DNA of 32,500 nucleotides from Chrysochromulina tobinii. Its lineage: Eukaryota. Under the pieces are notes generated by a model. It did no database searches and was not told where the DNA came from. It saw only the letters and a list, made by a program, of their open reading frames with translations. Both the position numbers and the translations under genes were made by a program. Positions 19,798 through 30,300 of the stretch are shown here, one piece after another. The stretch is taken from assembly GCA_001275005.1 (NCBI GenBank), contig JWZX01003298.1:1-32500 (forward strand), written 5' to 3'. Position 1 is the first letter of the stretch. The number at the start of each line of letters is the position of its first letter.

Positions 19798-20736
19798 ATG
19801 CTGACGATCCTCATGAAGCAGTCGCAGCTGCTCGAGAAGGAACTCTTCGAGGATCGGGCACAGATGGAGGTGTTGAAACGTAGGCAGGCAGAGCATGACG
19901 CGGTAGTCAAGGAAAAGGATGAGAAGATAGCCGAGCTCGAGGAGGAGCTTAGCAAGCGAAGGCCGCTGAACCAGAGAGTCTTGTGCATTGCTTGCGGTAG
20001 AGTCGCGGGCGAGGTGGAGGAGGAGGAAGCGGTGCCGGAGCCAAAGAAGGAGCCGGAGATCGACACCGCCGAGATACTCGCCAAGCTCGAGCTGCTCAAG
20101 AAAAAGCTCATGTCGACAGAGACGAAGCTCACCTCGGCAGAGCTCCAAAAGGCGATACTCGAGCTGCAGCTCGAGACGAGGACGAGCAAGATCCGTCGCG
20201 AGCTCACGCGCGACCTCGAGAACATCCAGGCCAGGGCACGCGAGGCGCTCGCCACCGTCGCGAAGACGAAGGAGCAGGCGCAGGCGGCGGAGCGCAAGCT
20301 CAGCGACGAGATCGCAACCAAAGGTGTCCAGATTAGGGAGCTACAGGACGGCCTCAAGCGGCGCGACGAGCAGATCGAGTTCTTGATGCAGGTGCACGAC
20401 GCCTCCAAGGAGTGTGAATGGGTACCGGTCTTGGGTGTGGTCTCGGGCGCTCCCAGTCATGATCCCAGCGCCTCGCCAGCAGGCACGAGCGTCGTACCGG
20501 GCGCTGTTCGGGGCGCCGGTGGCTCACCCTATGCGGCAGCGCGACACATCAACAGCGGACTGGGCAGCGGCGGCGGCGGCGCTGGTCGCAACGGTGCAGT
20601 GGGCGCTGCTGTTGCGGAGCTGACCTTTGGCCAAGCCGTCGCCGCCCTCGGACCTTGGCAATGTCGCGTGTGTACACTGCGTAACGAGGCGGCGAGGACG
20701 CTGTGCGAGGCGTGCGGCAGCGACCGCTTTCAGTGA
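19798..20736 (+). CDS. Coiled-coil protein with C-terminal RanBP2-type zinc finger
   Basis: Long E/K/L-rich helical region. The C-terminus WQCRVCTLRNEAARTLCEACGSDR fits W-x-C-x2-C-x3-N-x6-C-x2-C. Start uncertain; 19798 is the first in-frame ATG. Confidence 0.85.
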   Translation: MLTILMKQSQLLEKELFEDRAQMEVLKRRQAEHDAVVKEKDEKIAELEEELSKRRPLNQRVLCIACGRVAGEVEEEEAVPEPKKEPEIDTAEILAKLELLKKKLMSTETKLTSAELQKAILELQLETRTSKIRRELTRDLENIQARAREALATVAKTKEQAQAAERKLSDEIATKGVQIRELQDGLKRRDEQIEFLMQVHDASKECEWVPVLGVVSGAPSHDPSASPAGTSVVPGAVRGAGGSPYAAARHINSGLGSGGGGAGRNGAVGAAVAELTFGQAVAALGPWQCRVCTLRNEAARTLCEACGSDRFQ

Positions 20737-21319
20737 CCCGGTGCCCTGTGCTTGTCGCGCGGCCTCACCGCCTCATCTTGGAGAGCGTTTGAATGTGATC
20801 GGAACGCACCGCACTTTGGCAGACCGCTCGCGTTTCATCGTGGCCGGGAGCGCAAATGGCCTGAAGCCTTTTAGAACAAGCTGAACGAAGCCTAAATAGC
20901 TGAACCGTAGTCATTAGACGCGTCCACGTTAGAATTTTCCTTTCACTCGTAAGTTTTCTTTAAAACGTATGAAGATTGTTCAATGAAGAACACCCTACAT
21001 GTACAACGTCTTAGGACTAGCGGCAAGTACCGTACATATCGATCATCACGAGATATCCGGATGTAGTACCATGTACGAAAGCGAGGAGGGCGAGACTGGT
21101 ATCCATGGTGGTATCGCGTGGGGGTAGGCTGACATGGAGCCAGCGCTGGCATCGCTGAGGCCACCGACCGGACACGCTGCCTCGTCGTGCCTGCCGTGTC
21201 GACAGGACCGCACCGGAGTCGCGTGCACAAATAAAAGTCAAATTGGTGCCGTCACAGGCCGCTCTCCTGTCTCCCCACAGGCCGCAACGCCGGCGTGGCA
21301 CCATCCAGACGACGTAGTT

Positions 21320-22582
21320 TCAGAGCGTATCCTCGAGGTCATCAATTTCCCTCTGGATGGCATCGATCTCTTCGTCCGTCTTGCTGACGCCTTCTGCCTG
21401 CCACGCGCTCAGTATGCCGTCCGCCAAAGCAACCTCGCCGCTCGCCTCGCCGCTCCACTTGCCGCTCCCCGCGCCGCCTTTGCCGCCCTCGGGGCCTCCC
21501 TTTTTGAGCCTGCCTTGCAGCGCCATCTCCGCAGCGAGATTCTTCGGTAAAGCGAGCACCTGTGCGGAGCGGTGTGTAAGCACGAAGGTCAAACTAGGTA
21601 CGGAGCTATCGTACAAGTCGTGATGGCATCTGATGGCATTTGATTGCCCTCTGATGGCATTTGATGATATGTGACTTGGCACGTAGCCGCGGCCATCTCA
21701 TCAGAGGGCAATCAAATGCCATCAGAAGCCATCAGAGGGTAATCAAATGCCATCAGAGGGTAATCAAATGCCATCAGCGGCCCTTTAGAGAGCTTTCAGA
21801 GGGGTGCGGGCACTTCGACCTCCTCGATGGCATCGGGTTAGGGTTAGCATGCAATCGGGTTCGGGCGCAGGCACTCCGACCTCCTCGATGGCATCGGGAT
21901 CGATGCCGAGCGCCTCGGCCTTCTTCTTCTGCTTCGTGAGCTCGAGCAGCTTCTTCATACGCACGAGCTTCGCCACGCGCTGCGCACGCTCCGCCTCCGC
22001 GCGGATGGCCGCGTACAGATTACCCATCACACCTTCGCGCTCGCGCTCGACGTCGCTGCCCGCACGTCGAAAGCCAGCCCGCGCCTCCTCAAGGAGTTCG
22101 AGTGACCGGCTGAAACGGTCTGCGCTCGCCTTGTCGCCGAACACGGACACCGATTCCATCAGTGCCTTGTCGCCGCGCGCCTTCGCCGCCGCACGCAGCT
22201 CGAGCTCCTCTTTGGTTGGTGGTGGCGGACGTGTCGCAGTCTTCCTCACGCCGGGGACGAGAGCGGCGTCGACGCGCGCTGCGACCATTGCGAGCAGCTG
22301 CTGCTGTTCCTCCGTGGCGCCGCCGGCCGCGTCATACGCATCGCGCGTCTCCACGATCAGCATGCGCGCGCGCTCTGCCTGCTTCTGTTTGAGCGCATCC
22401 AAAGCTGCCAGCAGCAGAGCATCAGGCGATCCGCGAGCGTCGCCTGGACCACTGTCAGCGCACATCGTGCACATATCAGCACGGCATGCTACCACCGAAC
22501 ACGTCCAGCAGTTGCACCAGCTGCATGCTGGCTGGCAGCTCAGCAGGATCGCCGCCACAGCCACGCATTTCGTCGTGCGCAT
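21320..22582 (-). CDS. Secreted/targeted hypothetical protein with Cys-rich N-terminus and helical body; join(21881..22582, 21320..21559), ~313 aa
   Basis: Signal-like MRTTKCVAVAAILLSC. ORF 21785..22588 joins ORF 21320..21682 in phase 0 via GAG|GTCGGA...CACAG|GTG (…DAIEE|VLALPKN…). Confidence 0.75.
21560..21880 (-). other. 321-nt intron containing satellite in both orientations, a duplicated donor site and GGGTTAGGGTTAG
   Basis: GT at 21880-21879, AG at 21561-21560; repeats at 21621-21667 and 21699-21777. Confidence 0.75.
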
Positions 22583-22987
22583 ATTCACGGCGTCGTCGTG
22601 AGCGCGTCGTATTCCCGCTCAGATACGGCCCCCCAAAAGGGCACTTCTGGTGCCATTTCTGTGCGCAATCTACTAGAGAGTTCACACCCACGCAATCGCC
22701 TTTTCCTTCTCGCTAGCAACAACACTCATCCCGTCGGGACTCCACGGAACCCAAATGCAAATCCTCAGCGCCAAGCGCATGGCCAAGCGCTGGCGTTGGG
22801 GTTGAGGGTGTCGTGTGGTTTTGAGATTCGGGCAGCGGCCAAGCCCTCTGCCCGTCTGCCGTCTGCCCTCTGTGAAAGGGAGTGGGAGGGAGTGAAGGGA
22901 CGAGAGTGGGAAGAGCCACAGAGAGTGCTGCAATGCCGCACAAGCTATTTGTCTTCCGCCCCTGTGCGTATGAAAGGCCTGGTGTCT

Positions 22988-24247
22988 CTAGTAGCTTGGT
23001 GGTGCCTTGGAAGGATCTGCGAGGTTGATCTTTCGGAGCACGCTGAGCACCTGCTCGCCCGCGGTCATCGGTGGGTAGAGGCGCAGCGCCTCATCGGTCG
23101 CAAAGTCGCCAAGGGGCCGCAGTTCTTTTGTGGACGCGACGTGGGCGAAGAGGGTCGATGAGATGCGCCAGGGGGGGCGGCCAGCCGCTGCCCGCCGCTC
23201 GGCCACCTCGACCGTCTCCGGCAGCACAACGACCTCGTGCATGCCCGCAATCACCTGGCCGCCCGTCAGCCGCTCCATTTGCATGCCAGCCTGCACGAGC
23301 AGGCAGCCGTTGGGGATGGCCACACGCCGCTTGGTACCGTCTCGCAGCCAAACGTGCAGGCCGGGGTAGCGCGACTTGCCGTGGATCGTGAGCAGGTTGA
23401 GGTCGTTGTGGAATCCTGCGAGGATCGTATTGACCTCGTGGTGCTTGCCCAGGTCCGAGCCCGTCGGTGCGAGCAGGTGCGGCCCGTGCTCCATCAGAGA
23501 GGTGATCGCGCTCGAGGGCAGTCCAAACCCCACAGCCGCCATCTCGGCGCACGTGCTCACCGACGCGAGCATCAGATGGCCCCACCGGTCCATCGTCTCT
23601 CCCCAGCGCGGGAAGGCGGCCGGGTGCACGGGCGCCGCATTCAGGTCCTCGTAGCCGGACACTTCCTTCGGACGCTCGCCAATTCGCCAGAAGAAGCGCC
23701 ATTTGGGGTCGGGACCGGAGATCGGCAGCGGCTTGTGCTCGGACGGCATACCCTCGATGCGCTCGATGCACTCGGCGTCGGTCTTGCAGATCGGGATCTC
23801 GACCATGCTGGGCGTCGCGCCTACCTGGTAATGGAACTCCTTGCGCACGTCGGCCATCTTGAGCTCGTCGGGCTGGGCAAAGTAGTCCTCCATCAGGTCG
23901 AGGAAGGCGACCTCGTCCGCCTCGGACACGCGCGAGTCGCGGAGCAGCGCAATGCCCGTCGCCTTGAGCGACTCGGCGAGCGCCTTGCATGCCGTCTGTG
24001 CCTCGACGGACGACGGGTCGTTGAGCCAGCTCGACACGTCGATGACAGGCGCGATGGTGGAGACGGGCGGCAGCTTCATGGGCTCTTCGGGCGGCACGGC
24101 CATCTTGGCGCTTGACTTGGACGCCTCCATGGCAAGCAAAATGTCGCGGATGCCCAGGATGGGATCGGCGGGGCGGGTGCGCAGCACCTCGCACACCGCC
24201 GCGGCCAAAGCCTCCTGCACGCCATGCGCCGCGATGTATTCGGACAT
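22988..24247 (-). CDS. 2OG-Fe(II) dioxygenase (IPNS/DIOX-like) with N-terminal Dpy-30/RIIa-like motif
   Basis: HxD motif (GFHNDLNLLTIH), distal His (AGMHEV) and RxS (WRISSTLF); DIOX_N-like PVIDVS. N-terminus EYIAAHGVQEALAAAVCEVLRTRPADPI. Confidence 0.9.
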   Translation of the reverse strand: MSEYIAAHGVQEALAAAVCEVLRTRPADPILGIRDILLAMEASKSSAKMAVPPEEPMKLPPVSTIAPVIDVSSWLNDPSSVEAQTACKALAESLKATGIALLRDSRVSEADEVAFLDLMEDYFAQPDELKMADVRKEFHYQVGATPSMVEIPICKTDAECIERIEGMPSEHKPLPISGPDPKWRFFWRIGERPKEVSGYEDLNAAPVHPAAFPRWGETMDRWGHLMLASVSTCAEMAAVGFGLPSSAITSLMEHGPHLLAPTGSDLGKHHEVNTILAGFHNDLNLLTIHGKSRYPGLHVWLRDGTKRRVAIPNGCLLVQAGMQMERLTGGQVIAGMHEVVVLPETVEVAERRAAAGRPPWRISSTLFAHVASTKELRPLGDFATDEALRLYPPMTAGEQVLSVLRKINLADPSKAPPSY

Positions 24248-24383
24248 CGAGGGCGGCGCTACCGGTACCGGTACACAGGGGGCGTTAAAGTGTGAAGCTT
24301 CGGTGTCGGTGTGAATTCATACTTAATGATAATAAGATCGTGCACACCCCGTTTTCGTGCTCGGTCTTCATTCACATGACGCA

Positions 24384-27300
24384 TCAACGTCCATTCACAG
24401 AGGACCGCAACATGACGGCGAGGACATCAAGCACAATCCACCCCCACAGCAAGGAGAATCCTAGCGCCTCGCCCCAGGCATCCGCCAGCGTCGCGTCGTC
24501 GCCGAATCGCGATTGACCTATCCACAGGGACAAGACGCCGCAGGCAAAGAGGATCGTTGTGGCGACAACCCAGGGAAAGACCCTCCAGAAGCGCACGGAG
24601 CTCGACCAGACGCGTGCCCACGCGCGCCACCCATGCCAACCTCGACCGCACCTCGAGCGTCGCTCAGGTGCGCGGGCGGCGCCCCCGATGATGACCTCGG
24701 CCTCTGGCGATCGTCGTGGCCACCGGGGAGAGATGCACAGAGTCGAACGGAGGCCATTGTAAGTCAGCAGGCAACAGACTGCCCCCAGCAACGACGCACA
24801 AGCGCATAGAGACTGGAGCCAAGACGGCACGACCAGCCATCGACGCCACCGAGGATGTGCTCGAGATGAGGCAGCAGGCTTCGCTGAGGTGGGCTCGGCC
24901 CCACCGTCGCCTGCGCCCGCACTCATCAAGGCGCCCAGGAGGGCACTCCGTGTTTCGTCAGACACGCTGCCGAGGAATTCGATGAGGTGACACACGTCCT
25001 CTTCGTGAGCGTAGTCCCGCCAGTCAAAGAACGCTCGGGAGATGGCACAGATGGTCTGAAAGGACGAGGCCGTCGGGTCGGGCTCGTCGATGAGCACAAG
25101 CTGTGTCGACGGCACATGCGTGCCTGCGATCCCTTGTGCACGGATCGGAGCCTGATGGTGCTCACGCTTGTGAGGACCTATGCGCGCATGGCCCAGCCAA
25201 CCAGCTGTTGGTGGTGAGGGCGGGGGAGAGAGCGGCGGGGCAGAGGGTGGCGGGGTAGAGGTCAGCGCGGCAGAGGGCGGCGGTTGCGCGGCGGCGAGGG
25301 CAGCTGAAGGTGGTCGCCGTTTCAAAGGTGGAATTTCGTCAACCGTGTCCGCGCGGCCATCGTTGCGGCCATCCCCGCGGCTCGAACGCCCGCGCGCCCG
25401 CGATTGCAGACGCGTCGCCGCTGCCTCCTTCTCGTCCATCCCCGCGCCACCCTCATCCGCCTGATTGCCACCCTCATCCGCCTGATTGCCACCCTCATCC
25501 GCCTGATTTGGGGCGTCATCCGCCTGATTTGGGGCGTCAACCGCCTGATTGCCACCCTCATCCGCCTGATTTGGGGCGGCGGTCCTCGCATCTCTGCTAC
25601 TGGCAAGCCGATGCGCGTCGGCAAAGTGTTGCGCGTCGGCAAAGTGCTGCACGTTGGCAAGGCAGCCGCGCGCAAACGGATCAAGTCTCGGGTCGTTGAG
25701 CTCGATGATCGCCTGCAGCCGCTCGAGCCCACCACAGCGCTCTAGCTGCTCGACACACGTGATCTCGGTGCACAGGTTCTGAAGGGCACCTAGGGCGTAC
25801 ACGAGGGTCAGCCGGTCCTGATCATCAGCGAAGAGGTGCGGCAACACGAGGCTGAAGGCGCCCGCCGCCCTGAGTAGCGCCTTCGTCTCCTCTGCGTGCG
25901 GGTCGACAGCCTCGCATGCAAGGTCGGCCACGAGCATGAGGGCCATCCGATGCACCTGATGAAGGAGGCAATCGTGAGTCATCAGTGATCATCAGAGGTC
26001 ATCAGCCACGAGCATGAGGGCCATTCGATGCACCTCGGCCGAGGGGCTTCCAAGCAGCCCGACGATGAGCTCGACGCCGCCCGTGGCGCGCAGGCCCTCG
26101 CACAGCGCGATCGCATGGTCGCCGTAGCTGCCGTTGGCAAGCAGAGCGAGCTGGTGCAGCGCCTTGCCCTTGTCCGCCTCGCTGCTGCTGCTCAGCCGAA
26201 GAACTCCGACGAGACCCATCAGCTCCCGCGCGGGCGTCAGCACGGGGGGTAGCTCACGCTTGTGAGGACCTATGCGCGCATGGCCCAGCCAACCAGCTGT
26301 TGATGGTGAGGGCGGGAGAGAGAGCGGCGGGGCAGAGGGTGGCGGGGTAGAGGGCAGCGCGGCAGAGGGCGGCGGTTGCGCGGCGGCGAGGGCAGCTGAA
26401 GGTGGTCGCCGTTTCAAAGTCGCGAGCTGCTCGAGTGCGGACCATGGTCGATTGCGGACCAAAGACGCACGAATTCGTGCCGACCAGGGTCGCACCGCAG
26501 CCGCAGTGGTCTCAGGCTCTAGGGGGGTTCGTGGTCGAGAAGTGGGGGGGCTGTTCCGTGAAGGGAAGGTAGCCGGAGGATTGAGAGGGCTGGGCGTCTC
26601 GGACTCGCTCAGCCCCACAGGGTGCAGCTCCTCGATCTGGGGGTAGCTCGATCTGGGTGTAGCTCGATCTGGGTGTAGCTCCTCGATCTGGCCTGCGTCC
26701 TCTTGATCTTGCGACTCTTCGAGCCGCTTGAGAGGAGTGCGAGGGACGCCCCCTCCACCATCTCCATCCGCATGCAATGGCATCATGCCTGATGCCGATG
26801 CCTGGTCCTTCGCCCAAGCCACTGACCTGGCAGCATCCTGCTTGATCAACTGCGTTGGCGCTTGATCGACGACGAGCGATGCGTGCTCCCGTTCGGCCTC
26901 CTCAACATGTACTAAGGCAAGCGGCCTTGCCTGATCAGGATACCGTTCGGCCTCCTCCCGTACGGCCTGCAGCCGCGTGATGCCGAGCATCCGAGGGCGC
27001 ATGGCGAGCAGTGCCGCACGGACGTGCTCGACAAGCAGGTCCTCGACGACCTGCCGCCAATCGGAGAGCGCCGCGAGCACACTGGCGTGGTCAAAGGCCA
27101 GGTGCAGCGCGGCCGTTGCCCTCAGCTGCGAACCCTTGTGCTTCTCCACGCTGTCCATGACTGCTACAGCCGCCATGTGGCTGATCCGCCTCTCTCGCCC
27201 AAAGAGCTCATCGAGGACTCTTGCCATCAGCAGCGCAATGGACGCTGAGATGAGCCCAGAGAGCATCGTTTGGAGCGTCGTGATGCTTTCGTGTGTGAGA

Positions 27301-30300
27301 TCGGATCGCGCCCATACAAGGCAGCTGAGCACTGCCATCTGGACCTGCAGCATGCATGCTGTCGCTGTCGCCTTCTGCATTCGGCTGAGCTTGCTTGAGG
27401 GGTCCCTTACAACCAGCGGGGAGGGGAGCAGGCGCAGCAGCATGTGCTGCTCACACAGCTCCTTCGACGTGCGATTACGCCACGCCTGCCAACGCTTGGT
27501 CGGGTTGAGGCTGAGCACTCGGATCCTGTGCGCGCGGAGCAGTTCGTTGTGATGGTCCGCATACTGCTTGAGGGGACCCTCCTTGGCGCACAGTTTGGAC
27601 ACGAGGACGAAGAGCAGCCAAGCTAAGTTCACGACCAGAATGAGTGTGAATTGGAGAGGGTGCTTGATGTAGATGCCAGAGTCGATGCTGAGCGGCAGCG
27701 GGGCGATGTCGTCGTCGACAAAGTCCCAGCTCGGCCCCGAGCTCTCGATTGCGACCACCTCCATCGTGCCAAGCACCGAGCACACGCACACGGCCACGTT
27801 GGGTGAGGTCGCCTCCGTGTCCAGCAGGCACGCCCGGTTCGACCAGCCCGAAGTGCTCGGTGAGGAGGGGCTCAGATGGGCCGCGCAGCTGGTGAGTTGT
27901 TTGCAGCCCTCGCCAGCCCACGGCTCTGGACAAAGGCACTGCCCCCCAAGGCACTGGCCGCTGAGGGGCTGTGCTAGCCAAGCAGGGCCGCGACATTGCC
28001 TGTCATGCTCGCATGAGCCCCTGCTGCTCACACGCGCCAGGCTGAGAGTGACGGTTGCTCTCGATACATACGCCTCACCTGTGGAAGCTTGTCTCGTGTA
28101 GCGGAGAGAATCGAGCCATGCCATCGAGCTCGAGGGCACCCCATCAGCTGCGGACTCCTGCTCAGCCAGCTCGTGGGCGGCGTCGTGGGCGGCTGAGAGC
28201 TGCCCGAGACGATCCGCTGTGACGTGCACCCACGCCGTCACGGATGCGACCGCGGGGATGTCAAAGGACGGATGCACGCGGGGAGGGCGTAGCTCGGCAG
28301 GCGCAGGCAGAGAAGCGAGGCCAATCTGCAACTGGTCGGACGGAACGAGCCCATGCGTTCCGACACTGCTTGCGAGCGCTCGCAAACTGATAGTGAGCGT
28401 GAGAGATAGAGCTTCGAGCACAACGGTGAGATTCGAATTCGCTGGCAGCCCAAGCTGTCGCACCGACGGCAGCTTCACGACACTGAGGGCGACCCCCGTG
28501 GCATATGGGAGCACCGACGCAGGCCGCTCCCCGCCGACGAGGGAGCGGCCGAGATGGTCAAATAGGAGCCCGAGCTGCGCCTTGATGACCCTTCCCCGCT
28601 CTCCGGGTCTCGCGAGCGCCCAGGAGGAGGACGTGGGTGCGGAGATGGAGAGGCTCTGAAGCTCACGACGGGACGATCCACCGGACGGTGGCAGCGTGGG
28701 TGGCGCTGGCTGTGAAGGTGACGCAGGTGGCGACCGCGGCGGCGGAGGCGGCAGCGCCGGCCGTGCCGAGTAGTCTGCGATCATCACCGAGCCCATACTC
28801 GTCAACAGGTGACTCATCGTAGCTGTGGAGTCTTCGGCAGCATCGATAGAGATCACGGAGACGAGCTGCGCGATGAGATCGAGGACCGTCACCACGGTGA
28901 CGTGGTCCAGCTCAGAGGGCTCGCGTGACAGTACGTCGAGGGACGCCGCGAACTGCAGCGGACTTGTGCTTCGAAGCGGCGGTGCCACAGCTAGCAGCCC
29001 GCTCACCTGCCGCCGCATCGCCATGCGCTGTAGCACGTTGTAGGCGTCGATGGCTGGCGGCTGAGACGGTGGCGGAGACGGCGGCGGTTGCGTGGGTGGC
29101 ACCAGCGGGGGAGGAGGCGACGGAGGCGGTGGCAGAGGTAACGGAGGCGACGGAGGTGGCGGTGCCGGCGGTGGTGGCGAGGGCGGAGGAGGCAAGGGCG
29201 GGGGTGGCACGGGCGGTGGCGGCAGTGGTGGGGGTGGCAAGGGCGGCGGTGGCATTGGCGGGGGCGGCCTGGGCGATGGCGGTGGCGGTGACAAGCTCGA
29301 GCTGGCTGCGTTGGCCGCGCTGTTGAAGACAGAAACGCCCGCCGACACGCCCGCCATTGCGTTGGTCGAGTTCGTTGCATTCCTTTGGGTTCGTGTGGCG
29401 TGAGGCGGACTCATCTGTTCGAGTACTCGTATCTGATTGAGCAGCGTCGCCACAAGGAGTGCTCGGGAGACGCGCCGGCTGGCGGACTCATACACAGCGG
29501 GGCTGACCGTTCGAACGCCACGCGCCACCGCGTCAGGTGCCTCACTGATCGTCGCCCATGCGAGCTCGGCGAGGAGCTGCATCGCGTCAGTGCTCTGTGG
29601 AAGCGTCACATTGAGGCGCGTGTACGTACAGCCGCGTGAGCCGAGCATGTCAATGGCCACGCCTCGTATTTGCACCAGACCAGGCCCGAGGAAGCGGTCG
29701 GTCACAAAGGGCGAGGCGGTGCGTCCGCTGAAAGGTACCCAGCGCGACCCCATCAAGTACGCGCACGAGCTGCTGTGCGAATCGGAGGTGGCGTCCGACG
29801 TGGCGTCGTCGTCGTCGTCGTCGAGCTGGGCCCGTGCATCGAACATGAACGCGAGCGGCATCCACGCCTCGTCAGCATACCAGCCTTGCTGCTCGAAGGC
29901 GACGCTAGTCGAGAGGAGCTCCGCGGTGGTGGGTGTGGCTGTGATGGAGCCGCCCAAAGGAGGTACGCGGCTCTGCACCGTGAGCTGTGCACTGCCACTG
30001 GTGCTGCCAAACGCCGCCCCGCTCACTGTGAGCTCGAAGGTGTACGAGTCTCCCGGGCGAAGTGAATAGGGAAGCAGGATGAGCGAAGAGGCTGCGCCAG
30101 CACCCGAGATGCTGTCCACGTGGCTCGCCTGTATCGCCTCGTGCAAAGCCCACGTATACGTGCACTCGTCGGCCGCCATGCCGGCCGATGCGCAAGCAGA
30201 GCCGCTGCCAGACGCCTGAAGCCGTCGGTGCCGCCTGCTCCGCGCTCGTCCTGGCGTCGGCGCAGGCACGAAGGCGTCGCCGTCGAGCACAAGCTTATGA

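Larger units (their letters stand above)
25160..26419. repeat. 168-nt direct repeat pair (25160-25327 and 26252-26419) within the PKD-like gene
   Basis: Both copies encode LKRRPPSAALAAAQPPPSAAL...AGWLGHARIGPHKRE; about 3 mismatches by eye. Confidence 0.95.

Noticed and set aside
24260..24273. GTAC palindromes (taccggtaccggta; also ccgtacgtacgg near 1782) as regulatory elements
   Set aside because: Short, and cannot be distinguished from chance or simple repeats without cross-gene enrichment data.
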